NCBI GenBank assembly: GCA_010093745.1
Contig: MU005970.1
Span: forward strand, 143,549-207,548
Source: Piedraia hortae CBS 480.64
Lineage: Eukaryota
Length of the DNA stretch: 64,000 bases
Direction of reading: 5' to 3'
The notes beneath the pieces were generated by a model. The model was given only the letters and a program-made list of their open reading frames with translations, searched no databases and was not told the DNA's origin. Made by a program: the position numbers and the translations under genes. Below, piece after piece: positions 43,349 through 55,353 of this stretch; position 1 is the stretch's first letter, and each line of letters opens with the position of its first letter.

Positions 43349-44758
43349 AAATCCACTCTAGTTAAACCTATCCCGATGAGATCTTCCTACCCTTTCCTAT
43401 GCTTTGGAAGGGCGGGAGGTGATTTGACGGGTTGGAAGGCGGTGTGAAGGCCACGGTGGGGTGATGGGACGTTTGGGGATTAGGGAAAGGGCACGGTTTC
43501 GTCGCTGGGTATGATGGTTGATTCAGCCACTGGATGGCTGCGTAGGGACTACAGAGTATTAAGATGACTTATTGGCTGGTGATATGTATATGACGAAGTT
43601 GGGATCTAGCCCGCGAAGTGCATCTGCAGGGAGAGCATTGCTCAGTTGGATCATGCTCGGGGGTTGGTTTAGGTATTTGGCTTTTGTATGTTCGGCTACA
43701 AGATACCCGCAACCCGCGACTGGGAAAGTGATGAATTTTCTCTATGATGATGCCATAGATTAGGTGGGAGATTTACAAAGTACTCCCGTATAATCAAGAA
43801 GTGATGCTTTTCTCAGAGGGATATCCTAAATCCACCCGGCGTGACGAATGGATTCCCCAAGCGTGCAGTAGCCTACTGCATGCCACACACCCATCATTTT
43901 TGCAAACGCAGATGCTCCTCACGAGAATTATATACCCCGCGAATCGTGCTAGCATATATTCTCGAAGTTACGCAACCAGCATCTCGAATGCTGGTGGGTT
44001 GGGGATTCGGTGCAATTCCCAGTATTCATCTGTTATGATGGCGGACAATGGGGTTGCTCGTGTCTTTCCACTTGGAGGAATCATCCATCAGATCTCTCAC
44101 GTCCTTGGTTGCGCTTGCAACCCAGGATCAAGCTCTGTGATATAAATGTGACTCTTTATAATCCCGAGGGAACTCTATATTGGATGCGTAGTAACCGAGC
44201 ACTAAAAACTTTGGGGATTACTTTGAAAGTGGGTATCAAATTGGGTCTGTAGATTGCTCTCAGAGTTTCGAAGTCGAATTGTGAAAGTTTCCCTGGTGTG
44301 CCATTTCAGAGGGGCGAAAGTTGAAGCTTGCGTTGTCGGGGGTGTGAAACTCAAGGGAGGGTTCCAAAACGTCAAGTCAGAGCTTACGCCCAGAAAATAG
44401 AAAGGTTTTTGCTAGCAAGTTATTTAGTTTGAAACGGCCGAGCTCTGGAGTCCAGCATGAGCAAAGCTTATAAGCTTCGCTCATGCTGTTAAGAAGGTGC
44501 ATGGGGTATACCCCATGCACATTCCTAACCAGGAACCAACACCTCAAATCACCTCTCAAAACAACGACCTCCAAAACAATCTAACGTTTCCTCGATTCAT
44601 TTTATAAACAAATGTATCATTTTTATCTATCTTTATCCATTTTCACCCTTTTTTTATGATTTTCTAGTTTAACTACCACAAGGTGGTGGAATAACCCAAG
44701 CCTCATCCCCGTTTCTTGAAATGTTCGGCTATGAGGGGGTGAAGGAATAAACCAATCG

Positions 44759-46507
44759 TCACCGGCTTTGGTCGTAAAGGTTCTCTTCGTTCATAACGAA
44801 GTTAGAGGGCATGGAGAGATCGGTCATGTCAATATCTTCGTGACCGTTCACATCATTCAGCATGGCGCTTGCCTCCTGCTGTCCATTCGAATTCGGCTTG
44901 ATGATGTCTTTCTTCATCCCATCCGAGCAATCATCCGGAAATGCAAACTCAGCGGGATGCTCCCTTGCCGGGGACTGCAACCTTGAACCTCCTTCCTGCT
45001 TGATCCCATCCCCGACAGAAGACAGGCTACACTCTGACTCCCCCATCCTGCTCAAATTTCTCTCCGCGAGCTTACTGATACGCTCCCACCTGATCCTACG
45101 CGCGACCTCATTCGCAAACTTGTTTTTGGTCATGTCCTCTTGCTTCTGTGCCAATGAGTCAAACGTCTCCGGGAAGGTCGACTGCAGAGATGCATAGGCG
45201 CCGCTGGCAAGGATTCTTGTCGACCTAAAGACGTTAGTATATCGCTATGTTTATGGTGGGAGAAGACTTACACATCCCAGTGCTTTTCAGCCGTCTTGAT
45301 CGCGGACGCAATGATGGGTATCAGTTCGTCGATGTTCTTCTTCAGGTGGCTTCGGAAGGCGATATCAGTGGCGAGGTCTAGGGCACGGGAGACGACTTCG
45401 GTGCGGTCGCCGGAGATGCAATTCGCTACTGTCGTGCAAAGGCGTTCGAATAGGCATTCGTTGCCCATTCGTAGCCCGGTGATTGCTTTCCTCAGTTGAA
45501 CGAGGTGGCTGCATTGGAGTTGAGAGTCAGTCTTGGGCCAGTTGCGGATGAGGGCCTCGATGAGGGTCACGGCTAGCTGGGGCTCGCGAATGATGTGTTC
45601 TCCAATGCAGGAGATGAGGTAGGGTTCGAAGAGGTGGAGGTATTCGCATTTCTTGAAGAGTGGGATGAGAATGTTTTTAAAGAAGGGGCGGTATTCGCTT
45701 GCCATGAAGAGTTGTTCGTTGCGAATGTTCATGCCACGGAAGGTGAGGAAGTTGGGGATTGCATGGGAATAGGGCTCACCGCAAAGGTACTGGCTAATGA
45801 TTTCAGACATGCAGCGGCGAATGAGCTGGCGACGTGGTACGACGTAGCGGTACAGTTGGTGGAGGGCCTTGGTGAGCGCTAACCGTACTTGTTGGCTTGG
45901 TTGGTTCATTAGGTCGAGAAATTGACGGATGAATTTTTCGTCAATGAGCTCGGTGGCGGTAGTTGCGCGGAAGTCCTTGTGCAGGAAGACGTTCTCAAAC
46001 ATTTGGCAGGCTTGGAGGAAGTTGGGCTTCAGTGTGATGCTTTGTGTCAGAGTAGAAGTGTTGTGCGAATGCTAGAATCTCGCACCCCGTGTCAAAGGTC
46101 TTCTTCGTGTTGGAACCGCTATCAGACTCATCATTGACAGAATACTCTTCGCTGACCTCACTTTCTTTGGGCTTGCCTTCTTCTTCAGATGCACTACCTT
46201 CAGATGCACTACCATCTGCATCTTCATCTGACCCAAACTCGACTGGGTCGTGTCTTTCGGCATTGATACCATTCTGCGACTTGGCATCATCTTCCGGGTC
46301 AGCGTTATCTGGCACGGATTCATCAGAGCTAAGAACATGTTTATCATTTACATAGTGTTGCAGCCAAGCCGGAATGAACCCGATTTGCGAATTGGCATTG
46401 TCATCCGGCTTGGACGAAGCTGGATCTGACCTCTTGGAACGGTTGCTGTCTTCCTGTTTGTTTAAAACCAGTGCTAGTCTTCGTTTCCGTTTATCACAAT
46501 CAGACAT
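44759..46507 (-). CDS. highly divergent PP2A B56 (Rts1-like) regulatory subunit paralogue, about 550 aa, 3 exons
   Basis: Introns 46085-46040 and 45271-45225 join the track ORFs in frame. Recognisable B56 landmarks: IDEKFIRQFLDL, LHQLY...RQLIRR, ILIPLFK, LIRNWPKTDS, VANCISG...VVSRAL, LIPII, KHW, RWERISKLA. Confidence 0.75.
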
Positions 46508-47969
46508 CACGCGAGACCATCAGCTGGAAGAACGGTAATTGGGCTGCTTTTCTATTATTAACGATAAGATAGAGCGTGTTGCAGTTGGTAAATGTTGGGA
46601 AAAGTCTCGGTTGAGTGTGGTTAAGAGTTGGAAAGTGTGGTATGAAAGTTCGAACGTCATCTAAGTTCGGTGCGCTAAAAAGGTCCATTTTTGCCTGTCA
46701 TGTTCTGTGGCTCAGTAATCAGTTTTTAAGTCTTTACTTGTTCTATTCTGTGGATCAGCAGACGGTTTGTAAGCATTACCTGTCACGGGGAAGTCGTTGA
46801 CAGGTTGTCCTTCACCATCCAAAACCTCGACCTTTCGGGATGTGGAAAGCCACCAAAGTCCTGCATGTTAGTCTGTTGGCATTTACAGTGGCCAAAACTT
46901 CACTACAATAGGCTTGGCACGGAGATATTTCCGCACGATTGGGTCAGGTTTGCGGCTTGATGGTGTGGCTGCACATGTGAAAGCAATGAGTCTTGTTACG
47001 AACCCTTCGTGTTTGATGAGATTTGAGTAGGAATCATATATCGCAGAGATTCACACATATGGTCAATTCGGTTAATTCTATCATATTCGGGCGATCATTG
47101 AGCCAATCAGAGGCAAGCAGTGGGGTCCCTCCCATCTTCCCCCGCCAAACCGCGCGGGACGCTACATAAGCCTAAAGTAGCTTGACCGAATTGGACTTAT
47201 GTGCGAGTCTCTACGGCAATCAATTTGCACCGGAAAAGGAAATGTGAGTGGTGGGGAAGCAACTGGTTGAGTAAGTGAGTAGAGTAGCGTGCACTAGCAA
47301 CACTTTACTACTTAAAAACACTGAGAATCCATTGCCATCCATACAAGTACCAAGTATGTTCCGATTGCAAATCACAATCGGGCAACGGCTGTGCGTAGAG
47401 GCAATCAAGTGCAGACGAGGCAACCAGTAGCCAATCATGACGTACGATAGGTAGGTGGCGAGACCTCACACACATGTGCTACGACCCAAACAGGAAAGAT
47501 TTTGAACAAGCTCACGCGTACAAGGCTGGTCAAGAAATTATCTTGGCGCTTTGTTGGCCTAAGGTGGGATCATTTGGTGATGAAATGGTGCCTGAGGCCA
47601 AAAATCTTGAACATCACCAGGGCCTACCCCTATTGGCGCTAGCGCTTTTCTTATACTGCAAGTCTTGGCAAGGATCACAACAACAACGCTGTCCAGTCGT
47701 CAGGCTTTTACGGAATTGGATAAGGGGTCAAGGGACGTTATGACACCCGTCTCATTGGCAAAGAGCAGGTCGTGTCTCATTGCTTTATTGGGTATATAGC
47801 TAACTTTTCTTCACTACGGTGGCGTCAATAACCGCCTCTGCAACGTACAGTTTGAAGTATTATGCACTAAAAGAATTGTATCACTTTCCAGCGCCAATAT
47901 CCCGCGCGAGCCGTGAATGAATGAATCCCAACTATGCAAATTTTCGTTTCAATGGTGAAAAGCGGTTTG

Positions 47970-49247
47970 TTATAAGAAGTAATCAGCAACGGGTTTTTTG
48001 GCGGGCATACCGCGACTGTCCTGCGGAGCGGCGCTGAAGAGTCGATAGCGGCGTCCGGGGGCGGGGCGGAGATCCCCACGGATCGCAGGAGCGCGTGAGG
48101 GATCGCCATTGGAGGCGGGCGTGTAGCCGGCGTTGGAAGCATCTGGTCCCAGGTCTAGAATGGCGGCAACGTTACCGCATCGATAGCAGTAGTTTGGCGC
48201 GCTCCAGACTGTGACGATTGTGCTGTCGAACATTTCCTTGAAGCCCTCCATGACCAACTGGTGAGCGCGACAGATGAGGCCGAGGTCATTGCGTTGGTTG
48301 AAGCAGCGCACAATCGACGGTCCAAAGAGGAAGCCGGCGCCGCGCGGCGACAGTCCCCACTTGTCAATGTCATCTGGGTCAGACCACAATAGGTCGCACA
48401 TAGCGCCCTCATGCGGGACTTCCTGCTTACGATCCAGCAGTCGGATCATGTCAACCGTCTCGATAAGCGGGCTGAGACCGCCGTGGACGCACAGCACCGC
48501 TCCGCTGTTCGAAGATACGCTGCCGCCAGCGGATGCAGTCGCGCCAGTGCCTGGGGCACCCAGGCGGTCGGGCGATGAAGATGGGGAGCTGGAGAGCGGT
48601 ACGTCAGGGGCCATGTCCGGCCCGTTGCGACTGTAGCGGTGCAGGCAATGGGCATTGGCGTCCAGGACCTCAATCTCAACGCTTTCGTCGACGGGACCGT
48701 CGGCTTCGGCGCCATCGAGCGGCGGCAGACCAGTTCCAGCGCCTAGAACCAGTGCACCAAGGGCTAGATAGTCGAATACTTCGCAGCAGTAGCGCCAGAC
48801 GTTGGGACTGCCGTATTTACGCAGACATTCGTCGTAGAAGCCGTAGACGGTGGTGATTTGTCGCGACTCGTGATTACCGCGGATTAATGTGATTCTGTCT
48901 GGGTATCTGACCTTGAGGGAGAGCAGAAGAAGAAAGGTTTCGAGCGAATAGAAGCCGCGATCAACGAAATCGCCCATGAACAGATAGCTGGTGTCGGGAA
49001 CCTCGCCGCCGACGCGGAAGAGTTCCATTAGGTCGTGGAACTGGCCGTGTATGTCTCCGCATATCGTCACGGGCGCGTCTACCAGGACCACATTGGCCTC
49101 TTCCAGCAGCAACTCTCGCGCCTTGTTGCAGATGATGCGCACCTGCGCCTCTGGCACGGGCCGACACGCACGCAGCTGCGCAATTGCTCTGCCCACGTTA
49201 GCTGCGTTTTGCACTCGTTCCGGGGTCCTACTTGTCTAAGTCGCTCA
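47970..49247 (-). CDS. PPG1: PP2A-like Ser/Thr phosphatase catalytic subunit Ppg1
   Basis: MSDLDK, intron, then [10 protein letters not shown]. Contains [35 protein letters not shown] and C-terminal ADYFL, with a long low-complexity insert. Confidence 0.9.
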
Positions 49248-49288
49248 TTGTAGCGTTATCGGATACACTGCAGGGTAGAAGTGACGCT

Positions 49289-49298
49289 GTCACGTGAT
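49289..49298. promoter_or_regulatory. TCACGTGA E-box upstream of PPG1
   Basis: GTCACGTGAT about 40 bp upstream of the PPG1 ATG. Confidence 0.45.
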
Positions 49299-49937
49299 GA
49301 TGCGGACTTGACAGGCCTATTCTTAGAAACCGCAGACCCTCGGTGGGGTATTAGCGGGGAAAATGTCTGGTGCTGGATCGCTGTTTCCTCTCTATAACCC
49401 CTGCAGGATTTCAGCTGGTATTACCCAACCCGCAGAGATGCAATTAGGTCTGCATGGATGGATCGGCCCGAATTAAGATCTTTTAACCCTTGGAACACAT
49501 TCCTTGTCGGCCAAACGTGTTCCAGCCGCACGTGGATCAGGGACGCCATATGTGGCGAGTGCGGTGGATTGGATCCAATTGGCCGCGCAAACTGCAGGGG
49601 GTTCTGTTTCTTCTTTATGGAAAAAAGCAAAACGGCCTACGTGCGTTGGCCCAACCGTTCTTGGTGCTGGGCCGAAATTATCGCAGCGGGGCATCCAGCA
49701 AAATTCCTGGTCGGTCCAGGCCGACGCCGTGGATCGTCTATGCATGACGGTTCTGCGGCCAGACAGCCACTGTGGCGGTGCTGGGCATAACGGTAAGTCT
49801 AACAGATTCTTATATTTCATCTTTGCTGGATCGCGTCGTAAGCGACTCGAGCTGCCTTTTCTAATGATCTTCTTTCCTTGTAATTTCCATACGTTAAAGG
49901 AGTTTATGGGTACCAGCTGCTGCTGGTGTGACTGATA

Positions 49938-51871
49938 ATGCGCCGCACTCAGCCTGTCGGGGCTGCAGCCAACGCGCCAAAGGCCAAACGCACGCGCACT
50001 GGTTGTCTGACGTGTCGCGAACGCCATCTCAAATGCGATGAGGCATTGCCCATCTGCTACAACTGCCAGCGCAGCAACCGCGAGTGCAAGCGCGGCGTGC
50101 GCATGCACTTTATAGATACCTGGGCACAGTCACCGCCCACGCTGGCCTCGCGGTCCGAAGAATGGAAGATCGAGTTCCAGGACGAGTCCCGAGAGATAGC
50201 TAGCGAGTATCAGGGCGGTATCGAAAGATATCCCGTAGAGGCGAGTTCATTTGGACCCCGTAAACCACCCACTCCGCCCATTGTTCCAGCGCTGCCGCCC
50301 ATCCATCCGGTACCGACAGAAACCCCAGCCAATCCATATTCCTCAAACGTGTCCAGCTCGGCATCGAGCGGCGGGAGGTCTGCAACTAGCTATCATACCA
50401 ACATCACGACGCCAGATGGCAGCAAGAAGGTCCTCGAAAACCGCGACGACACGCTGTTCATGCAGGTGTTTGTAGAGGAAGTCGGACTCTGGATGGACAG
50501 TATGGATCCGCAAAAGCATTTCTCTCGCATCCTTCCCTTTCAGTCCTTATCTGAGCCTATGCTGAAGCATGCGTTTCTGGCCTGTGGTGCGAGACATTTG
50601 ACGCTCGTCAACTCATCATACTCGGAAGAAAAGGCCCTCCATCATTACGACACGGCTACGAGGTTTCTGCTACAGAATCTCCAAAACCCAAATCGTGATA
50701 CTGTCGTCTGTGCCACGACAGCGGTGATTTTGAATGTCTACGAAATCATGTCAGAGCGTGCGCTGCAGCGGATGAACCACATTGCGGGCGCGAGAGCACT
50801 GATCAAGGAATGCGGCTGGAACGCACGAGTGGGCGGCATCGGAGGTGCTTGTTTCTGGCTCAACGTCGGGCTGGAGGTTCTCAGCTGTCTCCATTTTAAT
50901 TGGCAGGTGGCCTGGGACCCAGACGACTGGGGTGTGGACATGTCCTGGACGCGTGGTGGCGGCGATGCTGTGCCTGAAGAAGAGTGGACTCATCGAATGC
51001 TCTACCTTGTAGGCAAAGTCTGCAATTTCCGCGCTATGGTATCTGGTCCTGCACGCCAGTCACCGTCCAGTCAACAACGCTATACGGAGTGGCTGAATCT
51101 GCAGTCCCTCATCAGTGCCTGGGCGTCCAGTGTGCCTGTGACGATGCATCCCATGGCTGTGTTGCAGCCACATCAGACCCGTCCGAGGTCCTGTTTCCCA
51201 GAGATTTGGCTCGTCAGGCGGACGACCATTGTTGCCCGTCTATTCTACCACACCGCACTTCTCTTAATGTCCCAAATAAACCCCTGTGACAGGGTAGATG
51301 ACAGTTTTGACATGGCTGAGCAGCAGACCAATAACGCACATATGATCTGCGGCATCGTAGCTCACGTCAAGGACCGGTATCAACTTCCCTTCAGAGTCTT
51401 CTCCCTTGCTAACTTCATGATAGCGGCGTAGCCAGCGTAGCGATCCGCTCTCTAGCCCACGCTTCAGAAGTCCTTACTGAACGATGCGAACAGGAAGAAG
51501 TCCTATCAATCTTCACACGCATCCAAAAGGAAACCGGCTGGCGAATCGGTTTCATCTTCAAAGAATTAAAAGAAAAATGGGGCTGGAGCGAGAGTCCAGC
51601 GTATACAACAATCCCTCAGCAAATCCCCTCAGCATTGACAAAGTCGCAGCTGAACGGGAACCCTCCTCCTCCTCCTCCTCCTCCTCCACCGCCACCGCAG
51701 CAGCAGAGACCAAGAGCGGGAATTCAAAACCCAATCTACAGCGCCGCGGATTTCAGAAACCCCAAACATCCCTACCAGCAGCACTATGTTGCTCCTGCAA
51801 ACACTGCACCAGATTACAGCAGTTTCCTACAGATGAGCGAGAGGGGCGGTAAACCCGACCTGTTCTACTGA
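49938..51871 (+). CDS. Zn(II)2Cys6 fungal transcription factor
   Basis: KRTRTGCLTCRERHLKCDEALPICYNCQRSNREC plus a fungal TF middle domain. An intron near 51376-51423 continues DRGVASVAIRSL...KETGWRI...NPIYSAADF..PKHPYQ. The 5' end may include an upstream exon (GTAAGT near 49793). Confidence 0.9.
51662..51697 (+). repeat. (CCT)n/CCN repeat encoding poly-Pro in the TF C-terminus
   Basis: Direct reading. Confidence 0.85.
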
Positions 51872-51948
51872 TGTACTAATGTCACGTAAATAAACATAGC
51901 ATAGCGAAAAGGGTATCATCATACAGTACAACACAACTCCCGCAAAAA

Positions 51949-53430
51949 CTACCAATTCCACGTCCTCGCCGCCGCATTAAAAACGGGCGGTTTCCACTCA
52001 ATCAGCTTACTTGGATCAATCCCAACCTTTGTCCCCCTACTCTTCTCCTTTGCCAATATCCTTTCCCTCTGCTCCACCACCGCCTTGGTCAACACAATTA
52101 TATAATTCTTATTACTGTACCGTAGCATATTCAGCGCCTGGAGGGTATGCAGCACATCATTCTGCGTCATGGCCAGCGTCTGGGAAATCTCCTCGACACT
52201 CATCGTCGGATCCCTTTGCGCTTGTCTCCGAACCAACAGATCCACAATCGTCTCCTGCCAGTACGCACGATAACTAAGCAGTCCGAGATCGGAAAGAGGT
52301 TTCTCCGGCGATCCCAACTTTCCCTCAATCTTCGATAACTCATACGAGAATTGTATCAGCAACCGCCCGTACCCCTTCCGCTGATGCTGCGGTAGCGTCA
52401 AAATACACGCGACGTTATACCCCTCGGCGCTCTCTTTCTCTTTCGAAAAGTACCCCAGGAGGTGATGTCCCCGTTCATCGCGGGAGGTCATGCAGTAGAA
52501 GAGGAAGGGATCGACGTCGTAGTAGAGGGTTTTATGATCGAGAAAGAGTTTCGAGAGGAGACATAAATTCCGGCACCACCGTCTCTGTCTCCTTCCATCG
52601 AGCTCGAAAAACGAAACGGTCTCGTCGCGGTAGATTTCGTTACCCGGGGGGTGGAATAATGTGCATTTCTGTCTATGACGACGGAACCGCGTGGTTGAGT
52701 CGAAGTAGGAGAGGCAGAATTCGCAGATGTAGACCATTTCGGAAGCGGCAAATTCGGGAGGGTAGGGGGAGAAGTACCACGGCTCGACCTCGTAATCGCC
52801 CATTTGGATCTTTTCGAGATTGCGCACCCGGCTGATTTCGGTTTGGTTCTGGGTCATTGATCCCCCCGTGCGGAGTTTTTCGATTTCTTCTTCGCGGGTA
52901 TAGGGTGCATGGTCGGGCGCGGCTTTGGCTGCTACAGCTGCTTCACGGACGTCGACGAGATTGTTGTCTTCGGGGGCTTGGGAGGGTTCGCGCGTTGCGG
53001 TGTTGGAGCGCGCGCGGGCTGAACGCGCGGGTTGCGCTTTGGATGGCTGTGCCTTGGAGGACTTTTGCTTGTTCTTCGCATCGTTCTTCTCTGCGACGGG
53101 CCAGTCGACCGGCTGCGAGAGATCCAGTCGGTCGGCGGGGATCCATTCGTCTAGTCGCTTGTTGAATTCTTGGTAATGGACATAGAAAGTCGGTCGGCCT
53201 TTGCGCGTCTGTATCGCTAGAATCTCTGCTTTTCTCTTCTCCCCTTCCTGTTCCCCGTTAGGGTCGTATCTCCCGTGAATCGCATCGTGTAACCACCTTT
53301 TCGACCATTGCCTTGGTGCCGATACTACGACCGTCAGCACGCAACCACACACCACCGTCATCACTTGCCATAACGTCGCGAGCGTCGCATATCCCGTCTC
53401 CGCGCCGCCATCGTTGCGCGCGGGCGCCAT
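51949..53430 (-). CDS. ESA1: MYST histone acetyltransferase, NuA4 catalytic subunit
   Basis: Chromo/tudor-knot [66 protein letters not shown]. Introns at 53368-53325 (GC-AG) and 53296-53248. Confidence 0.96.
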   Translation of the reverse strand: MAPARNDGGAETGYATLATLWQVMTVVCGCVLTVVVSAPRQWSKRWLHDAIHGRYDPNGEQEGEKRKAEILAIQTRKGRPTFYVHYQEFNKRLDEWIPADRLDLSQPVDWPVAEKNDAKNKQKSSKAQPSKAQPARSARARSNTATREPSQAPEDNNLVDVREAAVAAKAAPDHAPYTREEEIEKLRTGGSMTQNQTEISRVRNLEKIQMGDYEVEPWYFSPYPPEFAASEMVYICEFCLSYFDSTTRFRRHRQKCTLFHPPGNEIYRDETVSFFELDGRRQRRWCRNLCLLSKLFLDHKTLYYDVDPFLFYCMTSRDERGHHLLGYFSKEKESAEGYNVACILTLPQHQRKGYGRLLIQFSYELSKIEGKLGSPEKPLSDLGLLSYRAYWQETIVDLLVRRQAQRDPTMSVEEISQTLAMTQNDVLHTLQALNMLRYSNKNYIIVLTKAVVEQRERILAKEKSRGTKVGIDPSKLIEWKPPVFNAAARTWNW

Positions 53431-53520
53431 TGTCAAAAACGCGAGCGAATGCGACAATCGCTGATTGGTCCACAGCGGATTGTGCCGACCTTAACACGCA
53501 CGACCCACAAACCAAAACAT

Positions 53521-53632
53521 ACACACACACACACACACACACAGACACACAAACACACAAATCCAAACACACAAATCCAAACACACAAATCCAAACACAC
53601 AAATCCAAACACACAAACACACACACACACAC
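53521..53632. repeat. (AC)n microsatellite with four embedded copies of a 14-bp unit ACACACAAATCCAA
   Basis: Direct reading; it occupies about half of the ESA1-REX4 divergent gap. Confidence 0.92.
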
Positions 53633-53642
53633 ATACAACAGA

Positions 53643-54488
53643 ATGCCCGGTCTCGACCCTTCGCAACTCTCGCACAACTGGAAATCACTCCAACAGACAC
53701 TAGAACCATCCAAAAATCGCAAGCGCGCAATCAAGGTCGTACCTCAACGCAAAACCCCCAAAATGAAACCCTGCGCGAAGCGTCCCTACCACGACGAAGT
53801 AAACATCGGTCTCCACCCGACGCATAAACTCGGCCGGTACGTAGCTCTAGACTGCGAAATGGTCGGCGCGGGACCCCCTCCCTATCGTGACCACGTTTTG
53901 GCAAGGGTCTCCCTCGTCAACTTCCACGGCGAGGAAATCTACGACTCGTACGTGCAGCCCCCTGCAGGGGTTGTGATTGGAAACTACCGCACCGCGGTTA
54001 GTGGAATTGAGCCGCATCATTTAAGTGCGGATGTTGCGCGGCCCTTTGAGGAGGTGAGGGCGCAGGTTGCTGAGCTCATTCGGCAGAGGATCTTGATTGG
54101 ACATGGGGTGCGGAATGATTTATCGGTCTTGCAGCTTACGCATCCCTGGGGGTGTATACGCGACACTAGTTTGTTTAGGAAGTTTATAAGGGAGAATGGG
54201 GGTAAGAAGCCCGCATTGAGGGATTTGGTGAGGAGGGAGTTAGGGCTGAGTATTCAAAATGGGGAGCATTGTTCGATTGAGGATGCGAGGGCAACGATGT
54301 TGCTTTATGTGAAGGAGAAGGTGGCGTTTGAGGAGGACTGTAGACGACTTTTTGGGGCGCCGTTGAAGGGGGTTGAGGAGAGTATAGAGGATGAAGAGGA
54401 GGAGGATGATGATGAAGGGGAGGTTGAATATGAGGAGGCTACGGTGAAAAAGAAGAAACGGAAACAGAAAAAAAGGACAAAGAGGTAG
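53643..54488 (+). CDS. REX4: RNA exonuclease 4 (DEDDh)
   Basis: LSHNWKSL, YVALDCEMVG, LARVSLVNFHG, LIGHGVRNDL, IQNGEHCSIEDARATMLLY, basic C-terminal tail. Confidence 0.92.
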   Translation: MPGLDPSQLSHNWKSLQQTLEPSKNRKRAIKVVPQRKTPKMKPCAKRPYHDEVNIGLHPTHKLGRYVALDCEMVGAGPPPYRDHVLARVSLVNFHGEEIYDSYVQPPAGVVIGNYRTAVSGIEPHHLSADVARPFEEVRAQVAELIRQRILIGHGVRNDLSVLQLTHPWGCIRDTSLFRKFIRENGGKKPALRDLVRRELGLSIQNGEHCSIEDARATMLLYVKEKVAFEEDCRRLFGAPLKGVEESIEDEEEEDDDEGEVEYEEATVKKKKRKQKKRTKR

Positions 54489-54495
54489 GTATGCA

Positions 54496-55030
54496 CTATG
54501 TAGTCTTCGACTTCTTGGTCCCGTACTTTGATCGGCTCGTCACACGGTTTGATACGCCTCCCTATACATGCGTTAGCCTTCGTACCCTTGGGGGTTCTTT
54601 AACTCACCAAATCCATAGCTCCTCGTACACATCTATACTTGACACCCGGACAATCCTGCAATCGCCCCCCTCGTACAAGCACTACTGAGTGCTGCTGGAT
54701 GTTATGTCCCTCCCCGGGTATGAACGCAGTGACTATCTTTCCTCCACTAAGCTGTACACGCGCGACCTTTCGCTCGCCAGAGTTTGGTTTTTTCGGATCG
54801 ACAATCGTTACGCGTAGGCAGACACCTTTTTGTTGAGGACGGTTTCGCATGGCGGGAGATTTTGGTCGGCGAGCTTTCTGGCCTTTGCGGCAGCCGCGGA
54901 GGACTTGCATGTATGTTGCGCGGAATGGGGACGTGGTTGAGAAGGGTTGGATTCGGAGAGAAGATGCTGGGACCGGTCGGGGGAAGGGAGAGATTGTGAG
55001 GCGGCGCAAGGCGCCAAGGAGGGAGGCCAT
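54496..55030 (-). CDS. MRPS12: mitochondrial ribosomal protein uS12m
   Basis: Presequence-like start [52 protein letters not shown] terminal intron leads to [17 protein letters not shown]. Confidence 0.93.
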
Positions 55031-55353
55031 GGTGGTCGTTCGTGTTCGTGGTTGCAGGATTGGAGAATCGGAGAGAGGTGAGGTTGGATTGGGATGTGTG
55101 ATTGGATCGGAGGATAGAGACGCTAGTGGGAGGGGCCGCTGATATATTACTTTGTGAGACGGAATTATTCCGAGGATAGGCGAATATATTCCTGCCATCC
55201 AATAAAGATTTATTCCATAGTATACCTCAGAATATATCCTCACTTTGCAGAACGTATCACTGCGAAGGAACGCGCAAGACGAAAATGCAAGAGATATTCA
55301 CCGTTAACTTCAAAACTCCCTCCATCATCTATCATGAAACACATCTATCACGT

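Noticed and set aside
45995..46090. Apparent frameshift in the B56-like gene
   Set aside because: It is resolved by a 46-nt intron (GTGCGA..CTGAC..AAG) that restores the frame, although this needs transcript confirmation.
46700..47900. Short ORFs between the B56-like gene and PPG1
   Set aside because: No motifs, signal peptides or consistent splice pattern; treated as intergenic.
49580..49800. Group I intron P/Q-like words (AAACTGCAGG, ATCGCAGC), and S-like AGATATATAGTC at 36302
   Set aside because: No matching R/S pair forming P7 in the right order, and no rRNA host.
53258..53734. Long His/Thr or Cys/Val ORFs and the 110-aa N-terminal extension of REX4
   Set aside because: They are products of the (AC)n/14-bp repeat. 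REX4 similarity begins at ATG 53643.
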